Below, piece by piece: positions 28,701 to 36,390 of a stretch of DNA of 64,000 nucleotides. Within the stretch, counting starts at the first letter, position 1. The number at the start of each line of letters is the position of its first letter. Location: the IMG/VR virus record IMGVR_UViG_3300009873_000002, positions 62,001-126,000 of that record. One strand, written 5' to 3'. The notes beneath the pieces were generated by a model, which did no database searches, was not told the DNA's origin, and saw only the letters and a list, made by a program, of their open reading frames with translations. This stretch comes from an uncultured virus (IMG/VR IMGVR_UViG_3300009873_000002) (taxonomy: Duplodnaviria > Heunggongvirae > Uroviricota > Caudoviricetes). The translations under genes and the position numbers were made by a program.

Positions 28701-30716
28701 GTTAGTAGCGTGCTTGTGCTTTGGATGTTTATCCGGTTCTACAAATTGACCTTCTACAGTAGCTCTGATCTCACCATAGAGTTTAAGCTCTTTGGATGAT
28801 AAGAATGGATTTGTAAATTGTGTATCCGGAGAGTGAAAGGTAAAATGATCTCTGCGGAAACTGTTATAAGGGTTCAGATCTTGGATCACACCGCTCAGTG
28901 CTCCAGTAAATGTAGGAGTAGTTGAAAGGAATGGATCTGCATTAAGATCATTGTATGGGTAGTTAGGATATAAACCAGTACGAGGTGTAATACCACCTTC
29001 AATTTGGTATTCACCCATGTTGTTGATGATACCTTTAGCAATAACACTCTTGTTACCTTCACGACTTCCACGAAGGATCTCGTAACCGACAATACCCGGG
29101 ATAGCATTTCCGTTATTGTCACGAGGAGGTTTGATGTTCTCAAACTTAACACCCATGATTCTGATTCTCGAACCACCAGCTGTTACATGATTTGTAATAG
29201 GGTTTGTAGCTGTAGCAAAGGGTGCTACACCTATGAAGTTATCAGGGAATCTATGGTGACGAATAGCTTTACCACACAAGTCATAGTCAGGACTGATAGT
29301 ACCGCTCCATGGTTGTGCACTGGCATTCCATATATCAGGTTTGTTATCCGGATAGATTTCAGAAGACTCCCAATAACCCATGAGACCTTCTCCAACAACT
29401 ACACCACCATCTGATAACACTGTACCGGGTAATGCAGTTACTGTTGCTGTATTTCTTACACGCCAAGTAAAAGGTGTAATACCTTCACTGATCTCTATAG
29501 CAGCATCAGGGCCAGCCGCGATAGTCAGATCATCAGCTGTAGCAGCTCTTCCAGGAATGTGATATGATGCTGATTTATCTCCAGTATCGAAGATCCATCT
29601 TATGAAGAATGGATAAACCTCATCTCTCAAGTAACCGGTATTGGTACCACCTTTAGCGTAATAATCCGATGGGTATTCCACAGCTTGCCATTTGGCTGTA
29701 ATCTGATTAGCCAAAGGTTGATAATTGAAGTCAAAACGAGTCTGTGGACCTACACGAAGTAAGTGCTGATTTACCTCATAAATAGCATCCGAACTTTCAT
29801 AAGTAGGAGTACGCAGAGGGATGAATTCTATAGGTACTGAAGGTAGAGATTCTTTTATCTGGTCGAATGATAATTGCTGCTGACGAGTGCTATAGATCCC
29901 CATCCGTTTAGCAACTGTCTGCTGATTGATGGTTGATACAATCACCAACTCAAATTCATCAAAGTTATCAGTATCGATCTGCTCTACAAATACGTCCAAC
30001 GAACCGGCAACATTATCGTGATCAAACAAAGCCTGAACATTAGATGGCATAAAGTAATCGGTAACTCTGATACTTTTTATTGTGTATGCAATAAGGGCAT
30101 AATAGGAGCCATTACGTAAAGTACCACCTGAGGCTCCTTTGGCTACACGTAAACAAGGACGAGTCATCAATCGTGCAAGTCGTATAGCATCGCAATCTAG
30201 CTGTGTGGTGTCAGTACAGATATTACAACCATCAACTACCACACACGATTGAACCCACGGAATGTTATCCAGGTTCATAGTGCGATCTGGATTTCTACGC
30301 TTATCAGACCAATAAACTTGCCAAGTACAATCTTCTTTCTCACGGGTTACACCTGTGATCAAGTTTTCCCTGGAGAAGTTTAGGCACGGATCGTTTACCT
30401 TGGTTGTATAGGTACATGTACTTGCATCGAATATCCCAATCTCAGAATCTACATCATTTGTGGAGAATGCAACCCACTTATCATTGTACATGTACACCAT
30501 ACCAATGATTGTATACGGAGCACTTGCACAATGTGTATTTGATGATTCATTTCCGATACCTCCTAAGTTTCCACTACGAGAGTTATTGATAGCATTACGC
30601 GCATGAGTCCACACATTCTCGGTGTTCATGACAGGTTCAATGTCCTTAACCAACCCCTTGAGAAAGGTGTTAGTTACTACATCGCTTGTATTTTGCATTC
30701 CCTGTTGCTTAGCCAT
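25782..30716 (-). CDS. Tail muzzle / stabilisation protein (P22 gp10-like nozzle of crAss-like phages)
   Basis: 1644 aa, beta-rich. N-terminal NTFLKGLVKD...ARNAIN and C-terminal WTLSYD...WLSFHDWHP motifs. Follows the ring-protein genes. Confidence 0.75.
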   Translation of the reverse strand: MAKQQGMQNTSDVVTNTFLKGLVKDIEPVMNTENVWTHARNAINNSRSGNLGGIGNESSNTHCASAPYTIIGMVYMYNDKWVAFSTNDVDSEIGIFDASTCTYTTKVNDPCLNFSRENLITGVTREKEDCTWQVYWSDKRRNPDRTMNLDNIPWVQSCVVVDGCNICTDTTQLDCDAIRLARLMTRPCLRVAKGASGGTLRNGSYYALIAYTIKSIRVTDYFMPSNVQALFDHDNVAGSLDVFVEQIDTDNFDEFELVIVSTINQQTVAKRMGIYSTRQQQLSFDQIKESLPSVPIEFIPLRTPTYESSDAIYEVNQHLLRVGPQTRFDFNYQPLANQITAKWQAVEYPSDYYAKGGTNTGYLRDEVYPFFIRWIFDTGDKSASYHIPGRAATADDLTIAAGPDAAIEISEGITPFTWRVRNTATVTALPGTVLSDGGVVVGEGLMGYWESSEIYPDNKPDIWNASAQPWSGTISPDYDLCGKAIRHHRFPDNFIGVAPFATATNPITNHVTAGGSRIRIMGVKFENIKPPRDNNGNAIPGIVGYEILRGSREGNKSVIAKGIINNMGEYQIEGGITPRTGLYPNYPYNDLNADPFLSTTPTFTGALSGVIQDLNPYNSFRRDHFTFHSPDTQFTNPFLSSKELKLYGEIRATVEGQFVEPDKHPKHKHATNLAFFISLVAGIAGALAALNGQRRTQRLYPRKIDLGGIFAGATTGGVPFTGLGPAAELAVAGGNANISIQDGIWYDAGGQMIAVATLGADTGLTYQPPIDAVYSGVGLLPATMGYGIIHDEEQGAYDTVPAIVKVFNAIPTFSYYMSEGADTMLRLIKAFAPYRQFALQYQSHGFYSSIFPTQLNNNRRLLDDSIYLTPNIHDFGTNFRINNLFRGRCVALSLSGGSLIADPLGADNTRQRVGDNPWGLPNPYDEPLRPFNTNSACHYAALKQRIRNQYGQLDNIQQVPVSTCPYLMTAAELQTYQIPGPPTPIANSDTLFNGDTYVSRYTEKNTFFYFYDWLYDQPDGYEFNYELRKMLPHPSYWMDTTNYDINEFFASVVTNIIPLNIANWELPTSNRAFDRDLTALNLFMLKRAHMYISSSGVRDFFVESEINTDLRDWGEPTTERHYDPYRYTDLQSLFNAKPDILKSGNFFKYDISLSISRLFNNFISWGNMQPRYYDPLVAASCYLYYPERIIYSLPQEQELRKDNWFVFLANNYKDFKSRVVCVKPINKNGAAIFFQNESPVMFQGVDTLQTDIGTKITIGDGGLFSQPMQNIFNADAPYEYGSCQDRLAVMNTPAGLFWISQNQGKIFRLQGGVEEISLQSMRYWLAEYLPYKLLEDFPTFELLENPVIGIGCQSVYDSEYGIAYFMKKDYKLRNVPGQTVTYIGGNQFLVNGLLQVELGDPRFFEDASWTLSYDTEEKMWLSFHDWHPTLTLGSKSHIFTILNEGIWEHNDVCDSYCNFYGVDYPWEIEFVRPTIQAVEITRSLEYMLECFRYGQNNCFDKFHVLDFNFDEAVVYNTEQVSGLLRLNLKPKNNAPQIVQYPIINPTSIDILYSKEEQKYRFNQFWDITDDRGEFNLAAQRHIWVTAANGYIRDLNPANMNYNKPPHQRKKFRHFVNMVLLRRRVSGNTKMLLILSHNKNVISMR

Positions 30717-31720
30717 TATCTACGGAATAAAGTTTTTTGTACCCAATAAGGAGGATATGAACGGAACATATCGTAATATCGGGAATACTGCGCTTTTCTA
30801 TTGATCTCCCAAACTTTCTTCATCTCTGAGAAGTTCGGCATCAGAACTATGGATAATGCGTTATTTCGAGCAGCTCTAAGTTTACCTTGGAGGTATCCTA
30901 GTTTCTGCTGCATATCTTCACCGTTAAACCAAAGGTTTTCACAGATGCGCTCCTTCATCGCATATTCATAGTACTCATTGAGAATTTCATGATCAGGAAC
31001 TAGTAAGTTACCATCAGCATCTTCCAGTATACCTTCATAGCTGATATAAACCTTACCGGTTTTGAATGACGTATGTAACCATCCATCTTTAATCCAACCT
31101 TCATCTTTACAAATCCAGCTAATGTTGGGACAATCACAATCGATATCCGGTGAGTTGCGAAGTCTCAAAGGATACATCTCATTGTATACTCTGGTCTCAG
31201 TTTTGATCACCTGAACTAACTGAAATGTATCACCACATTTATTAAGTAGACATGTTGGTTGCGGAGGACATGGATTTTGTGCACATGGATCACAAGGATT
31301 GGTAACCGGTGCCGGACATTGATTACTGATATCCATTCCTTGAGGATATGGATAATATTGAGGAATCATTGGTGAGCACTGACAAGGGTTAGGACAACCG
31401 CATGTCTTTGTAGGACATGGTAATTCTTCAACCTGGGTTCCTTGCGGAAGAGCATTGGTCACTGTGAATGTACCACAGACCAAAGCATAGTTCAGCACAT
31501 GAAAATCATCAGGCAATTTGGCTTTGAAGTTTTCAATCTCGATCACCTTACCCTTGGTAGAGTGAATACGTAAACCCAGATCGCGGTTCACACGTCTGGC
31601 AACCTTGATCAAATCCTGAGGATCGATCATACCTTCAAGAGCGTAATTACGGAAGTCTATCTGAGCTTCCGATACGAGCTGATCAAAGGTTCGGTATTTG
31701 AGTTGATATCCGCTGCTCAT
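30716..31720 (-). CDS. Tail ring (tubular) protein with Cys/Pro-rich insertion
   Basis: LPDDF...L and GWLHTSFKTGKVYISYEG...DADGNLLVPD motifs typical of crAss ring proteins. Position just before the muzzle. Confidence 0.7.
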   Translation of the reverse strand: MSSGYQLKYRTFDQLVSEAQIDFRNYALEGMIDPQDLIKVARRVNRDLGLRIHSTKGKVIEIENFKAKLPDDFHVLNYALVCGTFTVTNALPQGTQVEELPCPTKTCGCPNPCQCSPMIPQYYPYPQGMDISNQCPAPVTNPCDPCAQNPCPPQPTCLLNKCGDTFQLVQVIKTETRVYNEMYPLRLRNSPDIDCDCPNISWICKDEGWIKDGWLHTSFKTGKVYISYEGILEDADGNLLVPDHEILNEYYEYAMKERICENLWFNGEDMQQKLGYLQGKLRAARNNALSIVLMPNFSEMKKVWEINRKAQYSRYYDMFRSYPPYWVQKTLFRR

Positions 31721-32388
31721 TATCTAAGTACGTTTTGTTTATCATCAGCGCCATCTGTTGGTAATTGTGCTGAGATTCCTAAATCGGCCTTGGCCATATT
31801 TTCAATCTCTGCAAAAAGATAATCAGGGATGGCGATATCCTGATCTTGTCTCATTACACATTGTAAAGCGGGATCGCATTGGAAAGCCGATGTATCATCA
31901 TCAAATAAACCTTCGATGAGGACGCTGTCCCAATCCAGATTAGGGAAATAGAGGTATCCATCAATGTACCAGAAATACTTCTTCTTGTTGTACTTAAAGT
32001 TCACTGATCGAAGCATGCGTTCGTAAGTAGCAGCATCTGTTTGGTATACCTCTTGAGATCTATCTACAGAAGACACCAATCTGAAGATAGGACCATGAAC
32101 TCCATCTGTAATTCCAGGAAGCTTCACCTTTGTTCTTTTGATGTAACAACCCGTAGGTATACTCAAACAACAGGCCTCTATGGGGCTTGTGTCTATTAAT
32201 TCGATACATGGAATGGTAGTGAACAAAGAACTGATACGCATCAGCTTTGCTCTGCTATCTTCTCTTCGAAGAAGTGCTCTTCCGTATTTCATGATGAGGC
32301 TGTATAAGAAACGGTCTGTGACAAACGCGTCATCTTTAACCGCCTTCATAATGTTCCTCAATCGTGATGTAGCTTCACCTATCTGCAT
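31720..32388 (-). CDS. Tail ring protein
   Basis: 222 aa. YFWYIDGYLYFPN...IEGLF motif. Position in the tail block. Confidence 0.6.
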   Translation of the reverse strand: MQIGEATSRLRNIMKAVKDDAFVTDRFLYSLIMKYGRALLRREDSRAKLMRISSLFTTIPCIELIDTSPIEACCLSIPTGCYIKRTKVKLPGITDGVHGPIFRLVSSVDRSQEVYQTDAATYERMLRSVNFKYNKKKYFWYIDGYLYFPNLDWDSVLIEGLFDDDTSAFQCDPALQCVMRQDQDIAIPDYLFAEIENMAKADLGISAQLPTDGADDKQNVLR

Positions 32389-32397
32389 ATCGTTAGT

Positions 32398-32979
32398 TTA
32401 AATGTCAAACTCATTGTAGTTCTCCAGACGTTTCTCCATCTGTGAGTTGTGGTAATCACGCTTCATCGCTTTTTCGAAAAGGTGAGATACCTGTTTGCGA
32501 TTATCAATCACAACGAACTTCTCAAATTCTTCCCGGTATACCTGAGAGCTGGCTTTCTTGAACTTCTTAGCTGCAGTATAAGCCCACATTTCTCTCAAGG
32601 AGAACTGGTACTTCTCAGCATAGTTGCAATAAAAGATCTTCCCAATGTAACCACCGGTAGCGATATTTGAATACTTCAGAGGCTTACCGTGCTTTATCGA
32701 TTCCTGATAATTGTAGTTGGCACTGATATCTGGTTTTGTGCTACCGATAAACATAAAGCCAACCTGTGCGGGAAGTTCTACACCATTGCGTTCTTGCATA
32801 ACTGTATCTTGTACCTTCTGATTGAAGGCTCTCATAATTGCAAGGATATCATCTTTGGTTAAGTGTGCATGCTGAGGAAACTTGGTCTTAAAGCTATCCA
32901 CAAACTCATTTGTGACCATAGTCTTGTACTGGGGTCTGTATCGTGGAGCTGTTATATCAGGTTTTCTGAAGTTATGCAT
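32398..32979 (-). CDS. IHF/HU-like DNA-binding protein (crAss-type)
   Basis: Helical N-terminus then GVELPAQVGFMFI beta-hairpin. Basic. crAss-like phages carry IHF-like genes before the ring proteins. Confidence 0.55.
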   Translation of the reverse strand: MHNFRKPDITAPRYRPQYKTMVTNEFVDSFKTKFPQHAHLTKDDILAIMRAFNQKVQDTVMQERNGVELPAQVGFMFIGSTKPDISANYNYQESIKHGKPLKYSNIATGGYIGKIFYCNYAEKYQFSLREMWAYTAAKKFKKASSQVYREEFEKFVVIDNRKQVSHLFEKAMKRDYHNSQMEKRLENYNEFDI

Positions 32980-32996
32980 GGCTATACCTCCTATTG

Positions 32997-33043
32997 AATA
33001 TACGCAAATTTAGTAAACTTTGCAAATAAACCTCTCAAGTTTA
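32997..33043 (-). promoter_or_regulatory. Putative late promoter (TTTG-N19-GTATATT) with abutting 17-bp palindrome
   Basis: Minus-strand TTTG at 33026-33023 and GTATATT at 33003-32997. TAAACCT-CTC-AAGTTTA at 33027-33043. Confidence 0.6.
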
Positions 33044-33057
33044 CAACAGATATAAAC

Positions 33058-33086
33058 AGAAAGTGCCGGGATTACTCCCAGCACTC
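33058..33086 (-). terminator. Rho-independent terminator
   Basis: Minus strand AGTGCTGGGA-GTAA-TCCCGGCACT followed by TTT, downstream of the 390-aa gene. Confidence 0.65.
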
Positions 33087-33127
33087 TCCGCGTCAGTCAC
33101 AGCAAACCAACAAGCTATGACAATCTT

Positions 33128-34300
33128 TTATGCACCTTGACAGGTTCCGTTATTTACAATGGTCCATGTAACACCATCATTCAATGGTAGCACAGATAAT
33201 GATCCAGTAACTACACATACGGTAACACTTTCACCAGCATCTAAAGTATTAGATACTGCACCACCACCACACACCACAGCCCATACTTGTAAACCTCCAC
33301 CTTGCGCAGTATTGGTAACAGTTACGTTCTCGCATGTGCATAAGCAGTTTCCTGATTCTGCGATAGAATATTGGGCCGGTACAGGGTTAGCAGGTTGACC
33401 TGTTGAAGAACATGTAGCAAGAGTTTCTCCTACAGGGATATCTGGTCCTTGGGGACCTGCTCCATCACAATCAGGTAGTGTAAACTTAGGACAGTCTCTC
33501 AGTACAGAAACACCTACAGCTTGTACACCGGCTCCCGGAGGATCGATTGTAACTGCAGGGTTAGAACTGTAACCAGATCCCGCGTTTGTTACATTGAAAC
33601 TTATAATAGTACCGTAATCTGTAGTTACGGTGATTTGAGCTGAAGTAGTAGGTACGCCAACTACGCTGGTATCTGGTGTTAAGACCTCACCGGTTAAGTA
33701 ACCAGTTCCAGGAGCTGAAATAATCACAGTGTTGATTATACCGCCACTTATACCAATTGTAGCCTGAGCTCCAGAACCAGAACCTCCAAGGAGAGGTACT
33801 GCAGCATAAGCTCCATCAGTATATCCTGTTCCCGGGATGGTAAGAACCTCACTTAAGATAGCTCCTTGACCTACGTTAGCTGTAGCTGTTGCTCCTGCAC
33901 CGCCACCTCCAGAAAGTGATACAGCTGGAGGATTCATTGGGTCGTAACCACTACCTGGAGTGGTAACCACAATAGAATCTACCGGTGCGTTCTCACATGT
34001 AAAGATGTAACGCTTACAAGCAGGGTCTGGGGTAAATGTTTGCGAAAATGCAATTCGGCCGTTTAATGAGTTGATGTCCTCGCATGCTGCTTGAACATAT
34101 CCTTCAAAAACAACCTGGTCACAGGTTTCATTGTCAACAGTGACATTAATGTTTGCTGAACAAGCTGCACCTCCACCGGTACAGTTTACGATAGTACTAC
34201 AGTCGTAAGGTCCTGAAGAACCTATTCTCCAACATACACGGTGTGGACCTGCATATACTGAGTTGAAATTGACTGTGATTATTGCGGGTATTGCTGCCAT
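33128..34300 (-). CDS. Cys/Gly-rich structural fibre/spike protein
   Basis: 390 aa. Nested GxGY beta-repeat modules. N-terminal FN3-like segment. Cys-rich C-terminus. Confidence 0.6.
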   Translation of the reverse strand: MAAIPAIITVNFNSVYAGPHRVCWRIGSSGPYDCSTIVNCTGGGAACSANINVTVDNETCDQVVFEGYVQAACEDINSLNGRIAFSQTFTPDPACKRYIFTCENAPVDSIVVTTPGSGYDPMNPPAVSLSGGGGAGATATANVGQGAILSEVLTIPGTGYTDGAYAAVPLLGGSGSGAQATIGISGGIINTVIISAPGTGYLTGEVLTPDTSVVGVPTTSAQITVTTDYGTIISFNVTNAGSGYSSNPAVTIDPPGAGVQAVGVSVLRDCPKFTLPDCDGAGPQGPDIPVGETLATCSSTGQPANPVPAQYSIAESGNCLCTCENVTVTNTAQGGGLQVWAVVCGGGAVSNTLDAGESVTVCVVTGSLSVLPLNDGVTWTIVNNGTCQGA

Positions 34301-34306
34301 AGTCTT

Positions 34307-34834
34307 TTATGGATTGGTTTTTACTTTTATGGTTAATGAGTAACAGCCTCCCATAGCGCATTGAGCGTTTACGCGGATCATATACTCGGTATTTGGTAAG
34401 AGAGGTCCGATGGTATCAGTATTGACACCAACCGGTATAGCGGGGTTTAAATTCCAAGACATTGCTGACACTTCCTTGTACTCAACTTGGTAAGTTAGAG
34501 CTGTAGCTGACGGACTCCAAGATAGAACAATGCTGTTTGGACCAATTGCAGTAGGTATCAAATTCAATACACTCTGACATGTAGATGTAGGATTAGCACA
34601 GCCTGGGTAGATTGCATTGATCATGAGTTTCTGAAGAACCTCATCCATTCGATCTCCCGGTTGAATATCCAAGTCTACAATCTCAGGTCCTGGCCACACT
34701 ATACAGTGTGCACTCCAAATCTGAGCACATGGTTCAGGATTTGGGCACGGTGTTGGTGCGCAAATAGTTTGCGTAGATAATGGATTATCCGAACATCCAC
34801 AACCTGGGTCATTATGTCCACAGCCTTGGCTCAT
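34307..34834 (-). CDS. Structural protein with C-terminal fibronectin type III domain
   Basis: SVLNL...SIVLSW...YQVEYK...LLPNTEYMIRVNAQC matches the FN3 consensus. Cys-rich N-terminus. Confidence 0.75.
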   Translation of the reverse strand: MSQGCGHNDPGCGCSDNPLSTQTICAPTPCPNPEPCAQIWSAHCIVWPGPEIVDLDIQPGDRMDEVLQKLMINAIYPGCANPTSTCQSVLNLIPTAIGPNSIVLSWSPSATALTYQVEYKEVSAMSWNLNPAIPVGVNTDTIGPLLPNTEYMIRVNAQCAMGGCYSLTIKVKTNP

Positions 34835-34835
34835 A

Positions 34836-36347
34836 TTACGGTATGTTTAATTGTGATGTAACATTATAAGGTGGGTCACAAGGTGAGCCTAAAGTAGTAG
34901 TCAAGGTGTAAGGACAAGTCTTAGACTTACTTCCGGCTGTAATTGAAACTTCCACACGGTAAACAGTTCCCGATGTTAATCCGCCAAATGAACCAGAAAC
35001 AGTCACAGCAGCTGATACTACATGTGAATTGGAGCTGATCAATGTTGTACCTGTAGAATCAAACAACTTCACAGTGTAAGTCATAGAACCGGTTAAGTGG
35101 CTGAATGAATACCCAATTGAGTTATTTGTAGGAACTAGATTCACAGGGTCAGGACAGATTAGGGTATTAGCCAATACGTACTGTATTGTAGACTGACAAG
35201 TAACATTTGTTGTCGAGTTCTTCAGACAGATATTGGCACTGATTGTAAAGTCAAGAGCTGGATTCAATGCGCTTGCAGAGATATCTATATCAAGACCGTT
35301 CGGAGCATTCAGTATAGCAGTAAGCGATACGTTGGTAGTGAAATACTGACCATTGGTATCCATTACAGTAATCAAGGTTCCTCCCAGATTGCATTCAGCG
35401 AATCCTGAAGGAATATTACCGTTTACAAAGATCTTAAGGTTGTTGTTTACCAGGGTAGCGAATAGTGCTAATTCAACATCTTCACAACCATCACCACAGC
35501 AATTCGATTTGATATTCTTCACAGCAGCTCTGATATCACAAACCGTCAACCATAAATTTGTGAATGCATCAGCAAAACTCTTTGGTTGCTGTACCCATCC
35601 TTGAATGGATGCCATATTACCAAGGCCCGTTGCCAATTGCTTCTCCTGATCTAAACCTGCACATTGGGCAAGAATAGCAGCAAAGATCTCATTAGGCATA
35701 CCGGTAGCAGTACGAAGTTCACAGAACTGTTTCTCGAGTTCCTGGAGGAACTGATCCATCAGAACAGGATCTTTCGTACTGAAAATACACACAGGTTGCA
35801 GAGTGGGTAACTGATCTGATGTTACACTCTTGGTTTGGGCTTGTTGCTGTGCTTGTTCAAGATTTGTGATACGAGTATTGAACTGAGTCAATGTCTCGTT
35901 GATAATATTGATCTGATCCACTAAAGAGCAGATACGATTACCAATGGCAGTAACATAATCAAGTAACTGCATGGTAGTGACTGTATCTCCTTGCGGATTC
36001 AAGAAGTAGAAACATGGCGCAATGTTTACCACACAATCCGGACAACCTCCAGTAGGAGTTGGTGGAGGTGTAACATTACAGCATGTACAAATTCTCTCAA
36101 TTAACAACTGAATCAGTTGCTGAAAACTAGAAGGTGCAGGACATGCGTTAAGGCATGTAAGATCATAATTGGTGATCTTAAACATGTCCATAAGCTTGCA
36201 TAATTCAGTAGCCAAGTCGTAAACAACTTTAGTTACGGAATCACCCTTACATAGCTTGATACAAGGAAGATCAGGACCGCCCCATATCACACAATTTGAT
36301 GATACCGGATCGCATCCTGCTTGGTTAATATTTGTTGGTAGACCCAT
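34836..36347 (-). CDS. Cys-rich fibre protein with coiled coil and C-terminal FN3 domain
   Basis: 503 aa. Heptads (LVDQINIINETLTQFNTRITNLEQ). GLTSGTVYRVEV FN3 motif. N-terminal CVIWGGP module shared with the 175-aa neighbour (CIVWPGP). Confidence 0.65.
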   Translation of the reverse strand: MGLPTNINQAGCDPVSSNCVIWGGPDLPCIKLCKGDSVTKVVYDLATELCKLMDMFKITNYDLTCLNACPAPSSFQQLIQLLIERICTCCNVTPPPTPTGGCPDCVVNIAPCFYFLNPQGDTVTTMQLLDYVTAIGNRICSLVDQINIINETLTQFNTRITNLEQAQQQAQTKSVTSDQLPTLQPVCIFSTKDPVLMDQFLQELEKQFCELRTATGMPNEIFAAILAQCAGLDQEKQLATGLGNMASIQGWVQQPKSFADAFTNLWLTVCDIRAAVKNIKSNCCGDGCEDVELALFATLVNNNLKIFVNGNIPSGFAECNLGGTLITVMDTNGQYFTTNVSLTAILNAPNGLDIDISASALNPALDFTISANICLKNSTTNVTCQSTIQYVLANTLICPDPVNLVPTNNSIGYSFSHLTGSMTYTVKLFDSTGTTLISSNSHVVSAAVTVSGSFGGLTSGTVYRVEVSITAGSKSKTCPYTLTTTLGSPCDPPYNVTSQLNIP

Positions 36348-36360
36348 AGTTTACGTATTT

Positions 36361-36390
36361 AATATACAACTTTTCTGGCACTTGTCCAAG
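36361..36390 (-). promoter_or_regulatory. Putative late promoter CTTG-N19-GTATATT
   Basis: Same motif and spacing as at 32997, 41155 and 62069. Fills the 43-nt intergenic gap. Confidence 0.55.
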
